64,000 nt of DNA, from assembly GCA_963677485.1 (NCBI GenBank), contig OY781964.1, forward strand, positions 3,776,001-3,840,000, in the 5' to 3' direction. The DNA comes from Armatimonadota bacterium. Its GTDB lineage: Bacteria; Armatimonadota; HRBIN16. The notes beneath the pieces were generated by a model. That model searched no databases. It was not told where the DNA came from and saw only the letters and a program-made list of their open reading frames with translations. Positions 9,219 through 18,475 of this stretch are shown here, piece after piece; the first letter of the stretch is position 1, and every line of letters begins with the position of its first letter. Made by a program: the position numbers and the translations under genes.

Positions 9219-11294
9219 GTGCATTTAGTTACTAAGAGATTGATCGCCATTTTGATCACGCTGTTAATGGTGGTCCAGACATGGGGTATGGATATGTCCA
9301 ATAACGTGCTACCACAGATCGTCCAGAATGACAGCCGTTCGGCCTGGTTTGGTAACATCACCGGATCTGGCAGGGAGTGTCCTTCGTCGCTGCCATTTTC
9401 ATTTACCTACAACGGAAAGCCCTCCTCGGAGTGGCTCTCTAGCTGCCGGTTTGGGCGTTCCACAAAAGCGCTGAATGCAAACCGCAAGCAGCATACCTTG
9501 AGTTTCACCGACCCAGCCACCGGGCTGGTTCTGACATGCGTCGCGATGGAGTATCTGGATTTCCCCACGGTAGAGTGGACGCTCTATTTCAAGAATAGCG
9601 GCTCTGAGGATACACCAATCATCGAAAACATCCAGGCTCTTGACCTGCGCATTGAGAAGAAGCCAGTTGCTGACGATGAGTATGTGCTTCACCACAACAA
9701 CGGCACATTAGTGACCACAATCAACGTGCCGGCTGGCATCCAAGACTACGAGCCACTGACCACAGCACTCACGCCAGGTAAGAAGATGGCGTTTATCCCG
9801 CCTCAAGGGCGCCCATGTGCCGGCGAGTGGCCGTATTACAATCTGGCATGGAAGGGCGGGGGAGCCATCATCGTGGTGGGTTGGCCTGGGGCATGGGCCG
9901 CAAGCTTCACGCGTGATGAGGGCAACGGCTTGGATGTCAAAGCCGGGCAGCAGCATACGCACTTCAAGCTGCACCCGCAGGAGGAGCTGAGAAGCCCTCT
10001 GGTGGTCGTGCAGCGATACTCTGGCGACTGGATCGGTGCCCAAAACTCCTGGCGCCGATGGATGTTTGCGCACAATATCCCCAGGCCAGGCGGGAAGCTG
10101 CCAGAGCCGATGACCGGCGGCTTCGCAGGCTACTACTTCCCAGACCTCACCATCACCCAACAAGGTGAGAACCAGGCGATCGACCGGTATAAACAGGAAC
10201 GGCTGCTGCCCGATAGTTGGTGGGTAGACGCAGGCTGGTATGAGATGACCGATGATAAAGGTGTGAACTCATACACATATACCGGAACCTGGGAGACTGA
10301 CATGAAGCGATTCCCTGGTGGATTGAACGCGGTGTTCAGCCATGCTCGGGAGAGCGGCATCGGAAAGGGCATCCTCTGGTTAGAACCAGAGCGTGTAGCC
10401 CCTAATCGATGGCTTTACGAAAAGCGTCCTCAGTGGCTGTTGGGCCGCGAGGGTCAATACAAGCTGCTGAATATGGGAAATCCGGATGCGCTGGAGTGGG
10501 TCACCAACATGGTGGACCGCACCCTCAACGAGGCGGGTATCACCGTCTATCGTGAAGATTTCAACTTCGGACCACTCGACTGCTGGACATACAATGAACC
10601 TGAAGACCGGCAGGGAGTGAATGAGATCAAGCATGTGACGGGACACCTGGCGTTCTGGAAAGAGCTGCTCCAGCGTAACCCCAACCGCATGATCGACACC
10701 TGCGCCTCTGGTGGACACCGGCTGGACCTTGAGACTCTCCGACTCTCCGTGCCGTTATGGCGCACCGACTATCCTTGGGAGCCTATCGGGCAGCAGGGGC
10801 AGACCTACGGTCTGTCAATGTGGGTGCCCTATCATGGCACCGGAGTGGTCTCAGACGACCCGTATATCATGCGCAGCGACATGGCTCCCTTCTTCTTGAT
10901 GTCGTGGGATATGAACCGCAAGGACATAGACTTCAACAGGCTGCGGAAGCTGATGGCGGAGTGGCGTAAGATATCGAAATATTACAACGGAGATTTCTAC
11001 CCGCTGTCTGAGTATAGTGTGTCGAACAGCGTATGGATGGCCTGGCAATATAACCGAACCGACGTAAATGGGGGACTGGTGCAGTTGTTCCGCCGCGCGG
11101 AGTGTCCGTATATCTCGGCTAGTTACAAGCTCAAGGGGCTAGATGCCAAGATGCAATACCGCGTGATGAACCTGGAGACCGGAAAGAGCATCACGGTCAG
11201 CGGTACCGTTCTGATGGATGAAGGCATCACAGGAAGTATCACGAGCAAGCCAGGTGCGGTGAACTACATCTACACAAAAGTAGATGCGAAGTAA
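9219..11294 (+). CDS. Secreted GH36-like alpha-galactosidase, paralog 3
   Basis: GTG start with GGGGAG SD; same motifs. Confidence 0.8.
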   Translation: MHLVTKRLIAILITLLMVVQTWGMDMSNNVLPQIVQNDSRSAWFGNITGSGRECPSSLPFSFTYNGKPSSEWLSSCRFGRSTKALNANRKQHTLSFTDPATGLVLTCVAMEYLDFPTVEWTLYFKNSGSEDTPIIENIQALDLRIEKKPVADDEYVLHHNNGTLVTTINVPAGIQDYEPLTTALTPGKKMAFIPPQGRPCAGEWPYYNLAWKGGGAIIVVGWPGAWAASFTRDEGNGLDVKAGQQHTHFKLHPQEELRSPLVVVQRYSGDWIGAQNSWRRWMFAHNIPRPGGKLPEPMTGGFAGYYFPDLTITQQGENQAIDRYKQERLLPDSWWVDAGWYEMTDDKGVNSYTYTGTWETDMKRFPGGLNAVFSHARESGIGKGILWLEPERVAPNRWLYEKRPQWLLGREGQYKLLNMGNPDALEWVTNMVDRTLNEAGITVYREDFNFGPLDCWTYNEPEDRQGVNEIKHVTGHLAFWKELLQRNPNRMIDTCASGGHRLDLETLRLSVPLWRTDYPWEPIGQQGQTYGLSMWVPYHGTGVVSDDPYIMRSDMAPFFLMSWDMNRKDIDFNRLRKLMAEWRKISKYYNGDFYPLSEYSVSNSVWMAWQYNRTDVNGGLVQLFRRAECPYISASYKLKGLDAKMQYRVMNLETGKSITVSGTVLMDEGITGSITSKPGAVNYIYTKVDAK

Positions 11295-11299
11295 GTGTT

Positions 11300-13363
11300 A
11301 TGAAACCAATACTATTGAGCACCATGATGCTGATGGCAGTCAGCGCTTGGAGCATGAACCTGTCGAAAAGTGAGGTGACACGCGTGTCAGATATTACTGC
11401 AGCGAATACGAGTGTGAGCAGTCTGGATTTGTCTGGAAATGGCCCGATCAAGGCTCTGCCTGTTTCGTTCCTATATGGGGGTAAGCCGTCAGCGGATTGG
11501 CTTGCCGGATGCCAGTTCAAGCGATCGGCCAAGATGCTGGACAAGACCCGCAAGCAGCATACGCTGATCTACACCGACCGAGCGACAGGGTTGGTCATGA
11601 GCTGCGTGGCTGTGGAGTATCTTGACTTTCCGACCGTCGAGTGGACTCTGCATTTCAAGAACAGCGGCACATCGGACACACCCATCATCGAAAACATTCA
11701 AGCGTTGGATATGCGGTTGGATCAGGCTCCGGATGCCAACAAGGGGTATCTGCTGCATCACAACAACGGAACCCTGGTGACCACCATCAACGTGCCAGCA
11801 GGCATACGCGACTATGAGCCGTTGACCACTGAACTCACCGCAGGCAAGAAGCTGGCATTCATCCCGCCTCAAGGTCGGCCGTGTGCTGGTGAGTGGCCGT
11901 ATTACAACCTGGCCTGGAAGGGTGGAGGCGCGATCATCGTGGTGGGTTGGCCCGGAGCCTGGACCGCCCGGTTTGAGCGCGATGACGCGAATGGTCTGCA
12001 TGTGACCGCCGGCCAACAGAAGACGCATTTCCTTCTACACCCGCAGGAGGAGGTCCGAAGTCCACTCATCGTCATCCAACAGTATAAGGGCGACTGGATC
12101 GATGGGCAGAACATGTGGCGGCAGTGGATGTTTGCTCACAATATGCCACGTCCCGGGGGCAAGCTTCCAAAACCGATGACCGGTGCGATCGACCTGTTCT
12201 ACTTCCCGAACCTCATGATCTCGGAAAAAGGCGAGAACCAGTTCATCGATCGGTATGCTGAGGAGCGGCTTCTACCGGACTGCTGGTGGGTAGATGCTGG
12301 TTGGTATGAGATGACGGACGAGAAGGGTGAATCATCCTACACATTCACCGGCACCTGGGAAATTGACAGAAAGAGGTTCCCAAACGGGCTGCGCGGGGTG
12401 TTCGATCATGCGAAGTCGAAGGGTATCGGGCAGGGGATATTATGGTTTGAACCGGAGCGAGTGGCACCTAAGCGTTGGCTTTATACAGAGAGGCCCCAGT
12501 GGCTGTTGGGCCGAGAAGGCGAATATAAGCTGCTAAATATGGGCAACCCCGAATCTTTAGCATGGGTGACCGACATGGTCGACAAGGCGATGAATGATGG
12601 CGGATTTTTGATATACCGTGAGGACTACAATTTCGGACCGCTGGATTGCTGGTCGTATCAAGAGCCTGAGAATCGGCAGGGGATCAATGAGATCAATCAT
12701 GTGACTGGTCATCTGGCGTTCTGGAAGGAGATTCTCAGGCGCAACCCCAAGCGCATGATCGACACGTGCGCTTCGGGTGGTCACCGACTAGATATCGAGA
12801 CGCTGCGGCTCTCTGTTCCGCTGTGGCGGACCGATTACCCGTTTGATCCGGTAGCTCAGCAGGGGCAGACCTACGGCTTGTCGATGTGGGTTCCTTACAA
12901 CGGAACCGGAATCGACAAAGACGACGCATACACCGTGCGCAGCGACATGACCCCTTTTTTCCTGATGGCGTGGGATATGAACCGCAAAGACCAGGACTAT
13001 GCAGGCCTTCGGAAGATGGTGGCCGAGTGGCGGAAGATCACGGACTATTACAGCGGCGACTTCTACCCGCTGACCTCCTACAGCGTGTCCAACACCGACT
13101 GGATGGCGTGGCAGTTCCACAGACGCGACAAGGATGCGGGTTCAGTGCAGGTATTTCGCAGGGCGGACAGTCCTCACGATGGTGCGGAATTTAGGCTCAA
13201 GGGTCTTGATGTTGATGCCGAATATCGGGTGACTGATCTCGACACAGGCAAGAGTGTGGTGATCACTGGCAAGGAGCTGACGGAAGTCGGCTTGCAGGTC
13301 ACGATGAAGACGAGACCTTGCGCTACGACATTCGTGTATACGAAACGCGGTAATCGGAAATAG
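11300..13363 (+). CDS. Secreted GH36-like alpha-galactosidase, paralog 4
   Basis: Signal peptide; WWVDAGW, YREDYN, CASGGHR, WRTD. Confidence 0.8.
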   Translation: MKPILLSTMMLMAVSAWSMNLSKSEVTRVSDITAANTSVSSLDLSGNGPIKALPVSFLYGGKPSADWLAGCQFKRSAKMLDKTRKQHTLIYTDRATGLVMSCVAVEYLDFPTVEWTLHFKNSGTSDTPIIENIQALDMRLDQAPDANKGYLLHHNNGTLVTTINVPAGIRDYEPLTTELTAGKKLAFIPPQGRPCAGEWPYYNLAWKGGGAIIVVGWPGAWTARFERDDANGLHVTAGQQKTHFLLHPQEEVRSPLIVIQQYKGDWIDGQNMWRQWMFAHNMPRPGGKLPKPMTGAIDLFYFPNLMISEKGENQFIDRYAEERLLPDCWWVDAGWYEMTDEKGESSYTFTGTWEIDRKRFPNGLRGVFDHAKSKGIGQGILWFEPERVAPKRWLYTERPQWLLGREGEYKLLNMGNPESLAWVTDMVDKAMNDGGFLIYREDYNFGPLDCWSYQEPENRQGINEINHVTGHLAFWKEILRRNPKRMIDTCASGGHRLDIETLRLSVPLWRTDYPFDPVAQQGQTYGLSMWVPYNGTGIDKDDAYTVRSDMTPFFLMAWDMNRKDQDYAGLRKMVAEWRKITDYYSGDFYPLTSYSVSNTDWMAWQFHRRDKDAGSVQVFRRADSPHDGAEFRLKGLDVDAEYRVTDLDTGKSVVITGKELTEVGLQVTMKTRPCATTFVYTKRGNRK

Positions 13364-13367
13364 GCTG

Positions 13368-13395
13368 GTAGGGGCAGCTCCCCGTGGCTGCCCCT
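13368..13395 (+). repeat. GTAG-type REP-like hairpin
   Basis: GTAG-GGGCAGC-TCCCCGTG-GCTGCCC-CT; partial inverted copy at 33742-33760. Confidence 0.55.
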
Positions 13396-13410
13396 GACTA
13401 AGATCGTCTG

Positions 13411-13440
13411 AACCGCGGATGGACACGGATGGACGCGGAT
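13411..13440 (+). repeat. Three tandem degenerate decamers (consensus GGACRCGGAT)
   Basis: AACCGCGGAT GGACACGGAT GGACGCGGAT. Confidence 0.6.
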
Positions 13441-13503
13441 GGGGAGAGAGACCAGCCCGGAAATGAACACCGGACTGGTCATTCGAAAACATGGCATGTC
13501 GCC

Positions 13504-15687
13504 TTATAGCGGCGTCGGGTCGACCTTCGTCCAGGGGGTGAAAGCGCCCATCGTGTGGCCTTTGATCTGGCGCTGGTATATCTTGTCGCCGCAGAAGGCG
13601 TAGAGCGTGTTCATCTCGGCACCTCCGATGCAGATGCCGGTCACTCGACCCTTGGGCACGGGAATGATGACCTGCGTCGGCCCGTCATCTGCGCAGACCT
13701 GGATCCCAAGCCTGGTGGCTGCAAACAGGTGTCCCTCACGGTCGTAGCAGAGGGCCTCGGTGCCCGCATCATCATCCCAGTCGGCCACATGAAGCCAGAA
13801 GAACCGCTCGCGATGGGCCACCGTGCCGTCAGGGTTTACTTGGTAGCTGTATATCCACTTGGAGCTTCTATCTGCAACGGCCAGCAACCACTGGTCCGGG
13901 CGCATGGCAAGTCCAGTGGCGGATTTCGCCACGGTGTCGAGCTTTGTCGTCTTACCGCCCTTCACGAGCCACAGGCTGCTGGTTTGGCCTGCCACACCCG
14001 AGCTGGTGACATAGACGCCACCATCGGGCTTGGCCATGATATACTGCCCCTTCAGACCTTCAGCAACCACCTTGCCTTTCCCTGCGGCATCGTAGCGCAT
14101 CACCTGACCGGTGGTGGTTGAGGCCGTGTAGAGTTCGCCTTTGGGGCCGAAGCTCAAGCTGTTCGCATGGAGTGCGTCCTTGATGAATGGTTGTGTCTTG
14201 CCATCCAAGCCTATGCGGTCAATGCGATTGGTTGCGGCATCGATGAAGAAGACCTCACCCTTCGAGTTGGTGGCAGCCCCCTTGAGCTGCTTAAAACCAC
14301 CGGAGCACAGCTTCCAGGACTGCTCAGGCACCAAGATATCCTGAGCACGCGGAGCACCAACACCGGCTTTCACCGGCTCAGGCCAGCCTTTCCAAAGGTA
14401 GCGCAAGCCCTCCGTCAGGCCTGATGGTCCACCACCCGCCCCATGTCCGCCTTCGATGGTGTGGAAGATGTAGTCGTAGCCACAGAATTTCAAGCTCTTT
14501 TCCATCTCCAAGTCCAATAGCGTCCAGTCACCGGCACAGTTCTCCATGTCATGCGTGCCGGTGGTGAGGAATGCTCGTATGGGCTTAGCTTCCGTCTTGC
14601 GCACCAGGGTGGGGAACTCATGCGCTCCGCGAAAGGCGACGAAACTGCCGCTGACCGCATACACTCTGCTGAACGCATCGGGACGCTCCCAGGCGGCATT
14701 GAACGCGCAGATGCCGCCGCTGGATCCGCCGCCGATACAACGGTCGTTGCCGCTGGTGGAGAGATTGAGCTTCTCCGTTTTGGCGACATATGGGAGTATC
14801 TCTTCGGTGATAAAGCGCACATAGTTATCGCCCATGGCGTCATACTCAAAATCGCGATTTCGCCGGACGTCGGTATCCATGCCCGTCGGAGCCGGAAGCC
14901 AGCCGGAGCTGACGAATACGCCGACCGTGACTGGCATCTGCTTGGTGGCTATGAGCTCATCCAACACCCGCGCTTCCCAATTACCAAAACCATCCTGCTG
15001 TACATAGACACAGGCCGGTTTCGAGGGGTCGTATTGCGCTGGTACGTAAACCCAATATTGGCGTATGGTTCCGGGAAATATTTTACTTTGGTTGAATGTG
15101 CCTGTGGTGATCCGTCCTTTTGGGTTTGGCACGGGCACGCCATCTTTGGTGCTGACGATGCTCCACTGAAGGTGTTCATCCCCATCGATCAAGTCCCAGA
15201 TATCTTGCCTGGATCCTGGTGTCTCACCGCCACCGAAATCATCGATACCCTTCAACGGGGCATGTTTGGGGATGATACTGAGTTTCCCACTGTCGTTCAG
15301 CTTGATGGACCAAAGCTGCCAGTCCAATCCCTGATCTTTGGAGAGAACGAGTTGGGTTCCATTGGCCGTTCCGCCATCTTGGACCGTCAGCACGAGTTCC
15401 GTGCTATACGAAGGGCGGATCGAGTACTGGCCGTTTCCTCTTGAGGTAAACACCCACTTCTGGTTAGCTGAACCTGTGGGTTTCCCGATTGAGACCACGG
15501 TGCCATCGGTTGTTCCCGAGTTGACCGCTTCAAGAACCATATCCGGTGCGCTGACCGGCAGCAGATATTTCTCTCCACTCCACTGATCTTGATTGGTGTC
15601 TTGTGCAGAGGCTGATCCTGAGCCAAAATGCGAAAGAAGCATGAGAAGCATGACGATCCCCCCGAAATACCTGCGATGTAGTTTCAT
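13504..15687 (-). CDS. Secreted fusion: ricin-B lectin + Fes-like alpha/beta esterase + SMP-30/gluconolactonase propeller
   Basis: Signal peptide; NQKW/WQLW/LQW QxW repeats; YWVYVPAQY and GGSSGG nucleophile elbow; C-terminal propeller repeats. Confidence 0.8.
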   Translation of the reverse strand: MKLHRRYFGGIVMLLMLLSHFGSGSASAQDTNQDQWSGEKYLLPVSAPDMVLEAVNSGTTDGTVVSIGKPTGSANQKWVFTSRGNGQYSIRPSYSTELVLTVQDGGTANGTQLVLSKDQGLDWQLWSIKLNDSGKLSIIPKHAPLKGIDDFGGGETPGSRQDIWDLIDGDEHLQWSIVSTKDGVPVPNPKGRITTGTFNQSKIFPGTIRQYWVYVPAQYDPSKPACVYVQQDGFGNWEARVLDELIATKQMPVTVGVFVSSGWLPAPTGMDTDVRRNRDFEYDAMGDNYVRFITEEILPYVAKTEKLNLSTSGNDRCIGGGSSGGICAFNAAWERPDAFSRVYAVSGSFVAFRGAHEFPTLVRKTEAKPIRAFLTTGTHDMENCAGDWTLLDLEMEKSLKFCGYDYIFHTIEGGHGAGGGPSGLTEGLRYLWKGWPEPVKAGVGAPRAQDILVPEQSWKLCSGGFKQLKGAATNSKGEVFFIDAATNRIDRIGLDGKTQPFIKDALHANSLSFGPKGELYTASTTTGQVMRYDAAGKGKVVAEGLKGQYIMAKPDGGVYVTSSGVAGQTSSLWLVKGGKTTKLDTVAKSATGLAMRPDQWLLAVADRSSKWIYSYQVNPDGTVAHRERFFWLHVADWDDDAGTEALCYDREGHLFAATRLGIQVCADDGPTQVIIPVPKGRVTGICIGGAEMNTLYAFCGDKIYQRQIKGHTMGAFTPWTKVDPTPL

Positions 15688-15750
15688 ACGGTCAATCCTT
15701 TACTGGCGTATCTGTCAATTCCTTTACCTTCAAAGCATGTAAGCAACTTG

Positions 15751-15920
15751 GTTGGCTATGTCCGGGGCGGTCTGTCAGTATGCCTGCGGTGGCCACTATC
15801 TATAGACCGCGCCGGTCTTGTTCTCGAACCCAAACCAGGGAGGCTAACCGCCAGACCGGCGCGGTCTCGAGCCTTCTGCAGCCATTAGCCTACGCACAGA
15901 CCGCCCCGGACATAGCCAAC
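15751..15920 (+). mobile_element. 170-bp four-armed nested palindromic element (REPIN/MITE-like), copy 1
   Basis: Perfect 25-bp terminal IR GTTGGCTATGTCCGGGGCGGTCTGT; inner IR AGACCGCGCCGGTCT (15804-15818) / AGACCGGCGCGGTCT (15853-15867). Confidence 0.85.
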
Positions 15921-16061
15921 GCTTGTAATGATACAGGCGAACGACTCGTCGCCTATCTATATGTTGCTTCAGCAGGACGCATCAGTTGCAACATGGGCTG
16001 CCGTGCCAGCACAAGCCGTTGCTTACTACTATATCATATGGCATTCGGGGCTAAAAATAGA

Positions 16062-16095
16062 ACGGCCGCCCTGTTTGAAAAAACGGGGCGGCCGT
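16062..16095 (-). terminator. Intrinsic terminator after dsbD-trx
   Basis: ACGGCCGCCCTGTTT-GAAA-AAACGGGGCGGCCGT, followed by TCTATTTTT on the minus strand. Confidence 0.7.
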
Positions 16096-16107
16096 GAGTC
16101 GTTTCCT

Positions 16108-16608
16108 CTACTTGGCTTTAATAGCCTTGTCTAGCGAGGCACCGTAAGAAGCAGGGGGAGCAAACCCGACCACCGAAGCATCGGGCAGGTATTTACCAGA
16201 CTTGCTGATCAATACCGTGGTGGGGAAGCCCTGAATGCCATACTTCTCGGCCGCAGCGGACTCATCAGGTGTGGTGGAGTTGCGGTCGGTCATGTCAGCA
16301 AGCAAGAAGACGAACTTCTTGGCTTTAGCTTGCACGCCTTTATCGGTAAATGTCTCAGTCTTTAGTTTCGTGCAATATCCACACCATTCGGCCGTGAAGA
16401 AAATCGCAACGGGCTTCTTGGCTTTAATCGCCTTATTGACAGCCGCCGGGGTGTATTGCTCCATCTTGATACCCGACTCTTTGCGCGGGCCTGCAGGTGA
16501 GTTGGGTTGTTCAGATTGGGCGCGAGATATCATCGGTACTATTGCGATTGCAGCGAGCAACGCAACCAGTATTGGGTTTTTGAGTTTCATGGTTCTGGTC
16601 TCCTTCAT
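16108..16608 (-). CDS. Exported thioredoxin-family protein
   Basis: Signal peptide; WCGYC; GFPT cis-Pro loop. Confidence 0.85.
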   Translation of the reverse strand: MKETRTMKLKNPILVALLAAIAIVPMISRAQSEQPNSPAGPRKESGIKMEQYTPAAVNKAIKAKKPVAIFFTAEWCGYCTKLKTETFTDKGVQAKAKKFVFLLADMTDRNSTTPDESAAAEKYGIQGFPTTVLISKSGKYLPDASVVGFAPPASYGASLDKAIKAK

Positions 16609-16619
16609 TGATCTCTCGA

Positions 16620-18401
16620 TCAGTCGATTTTACGAAGCCTTTGCGAGAACAGTGTTGCGGGTTCGAAGCCGGTCAGCCGGAGATCACGCCGCTCATTCCC
16701 CGCTCTATCTATAAATACGATGGTGGGCACCCCTTTAATCCCATACCGTTGTTTCATCATCTGAGCCAGGGGGGTGTCCTCACGTGTAAGGTTGATCTTT
16801 AGGGTCGTCATGTGATTAAGTTGACGCTGCACCTCAGTGTCGCGGAATGTTTTTGCATCAAGCTCCTTACAGGGGATGCACCAGTCAGCGTAGAAATCCA
16901 GCACCACCGGGCGACGTTCTTCGTTGGCTTGCTGCTGAAGCTGTGCGCTGTATGGCGTCCAGACATGCTGGTCGGCAGGGGGAGTGCTTGGCTTCAACAT
17001 CCACATAGCCGCCAGCACTGCAGCTAATCCCAGTGTTCGCTTGAACAGGCTGAAGCCCTTGAGTTGGGCTGCGTGACGGTCTACCAGGTTAAGGTAGATG
17101 CCGCACAATGCGATCACCACTGGCAGGCTCCACTCCCATCCCTTAGGCAAAATCGGCTGCAGTAAGAACACGGCGGTACAGAGCAGCATCAACCCAAATA
17201 TACGCTCCAATGCGATCATCCAGTCGCCGCTGCGGGGCAGTGACTTGATCTTACTGCTGTAGGCACCCAGAATGAGGTATGGTGATCCCAACCCCAGCCC
17301 TAGCACGAAGAACAGGGTGAAGCCCAACAGGATGCTCCCTGAGGCACTGACAGCGGTGGCGAGTGCCACGACCACCGGCCCCACACACGGTGCGGCTGCA
17401 ATCCCTACCAGCATACCCATCGTCAGTGCGCCAATATGTCCGTTACGCAGTTTGCTCTTATTGCGCCAATTGGCGGGCATTTGAAGCTCGTATAGTCCAA
17501 ACATGCTCAAAGCCAACGCGATCAGCACCGCGGCAAACCCGCCCACCACCCACGGGTTCTGCAGTTGAAAGCCAAAGGTCTTGCCCAGCACCGCTGCGGC
17601 GGTACCCAGTGCGGAATACATCAACGCCATCCCCAGCACATACATGCCAGACAGCCCTAGCTGCTTTTTCGTGCTCTGCTCAGACTGTCGCGCGAAGAAG
17701 GCGATGGTGATAGGGATGATCGGGTAGACACAGGGTGTCAGGTTCAGCAGCAAGCCCAGCAGGAAGATCAACGGGATCGCGGTCGCAAGATGACCTGTTG
17801 AGAGTAGGCCTGACAACCGGTCAGTTGGTGTGGCCCCTGACTCAGTTGGCGCGGCTGCAGGCGATGCGGTCGCGGTCGCGGTCGCGGTCGATGTGTCTAT
17901 GTTGAAGTTCTGCGATGCTGGTGCGTAGCATGAGTGCTCATCACAGGCCTGGTAGTTCAGCTTGCCTTTGATGGTGGTGGGCTTGAATACCCCATTTGTG
18001 GCTAAAGGAACGACGATCATGGCAGTATCGGCATAGACCGCGATTTTTTTCCCGGAAGTGAATGCGAAAGTGACCATCTTTGGTTTCGGATATATGATCG
18101 AACCTGGTAGTAGTGCTTGGGCCGCGGTGATATCCACACTGGTAGGAATCAAATAAGATTCGGATGCCGGATTGGCGTTGATGTGGTATGGCTTTTTGAT
18201 CGCTACCTTCAACGTCAGCTCAAAATGGCCAGACGTCTTGTCGACAAAGGTCGGCGTCACTGTGATGGCATCAGCCGGTAATGCTTGGGCCAGCACCGGG
18301 GCAACGAATGACACAGCCAGTATGAAGATGCCGATCAGCCTGATAAGTCTCAAAATAGTTACCCTCCAACCATTAGACACAGACCAAGCTGGTTTGGTCA
18401 C
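16620..18401 (-). CDS. dsbD: Thiol:disulfide interchange protein DsbD (three-domain)
   Basis: N-domain YQACDEHSCY; TM LTPCVYP and APCVGP; C-terminal Trx WCIPC; start uncertain. Confidence 0.85.
   Translation of the reverse strand: MTKPAWSVSNGWRVTILRLIRLIGIFILAVSFVAPVLAQALPADAITVTPTFVDKTSGHFELTLKVAIKKPYHINANPASESYLIPTSVDITAAQALLPGSIIYPKPKMVTFAFTSGKKIAVYADTAMIVVPLATNGVFKPTTIKGKLNYQACDEHSCYAPASQNFNIDTSTATATATASPAAAPTESGATPTDRLSGLLSTGHLATAIPLIFLLGLLLNLTPCVYPIIPITIAFFARQSEQSTKKQLGLSGMYVLGMALMYSALGTAAAVLGKTFGFQLQNPWVVGGFAAVLIALALSMFGLYELQMPANWRNKSKLRNGHIGALTMGMLVGIAAAPCVGPVVVALATAVSASGSILLGFTLFFVLGLGLGSPYLILGAYSSKIKSLPRSGDWMIALERIFGLMLLCTAVFLLQPILPKGWEWSLPVVIALCGIYLNLVDRHAAQLKGFSLFKRTLGLAAVLAAMWMLKPSTPPADQHVWTPYSAQLQQQANEERRPVVLDFYADWCIPCKELDAKTFRDTEVQRQLNHMTTLKINLTREDTPLAQMMKQRYGIKGVPTIVFIDRAGNERRDLRLTGFEPATLFSQRLRKID
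17866..17889. repeat. (GCGGTC)x4 in-frame repeat encoding a TATATA linker in DsbD
   Basis: Read directly from the sequence. Confidence 0.8.
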
Positions 18402-18475
18402 ATACTGTCCACACCAAAATCATCGCGACATAAGGTACTGTTGAGACAGGAACTACTACCTCAGGAGAGAAATCG

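Noticed and set aside
5002-13363. GH36 array as a diversity-generating retroelement or an assembly artefact
   Set aside because: No reverse transcriptase, differences are not adenine-specific, and the copies differ at many synonymous sites throughout.
14551-15444. Long antisense ORFs (also 2256..2885, 52529..53191, 62506..63207)
   Set aside because: Shadow frames opposite well-supported genes, expected from GC-rich codon bias.
15780-16097. ORFs overlapping the repeat element (also 30679..31095, 55599..55784, 39088..39303)
   Set aside because: They are translations of the palindromic element in various frames, with no RBS or protein-like features.
17866-17889. (GCGGTC)4 as a phase-variation tract
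   Set aside because: The unit is a multiple of 3 and lies in a flexible linker, so slippage would not shift the frame.
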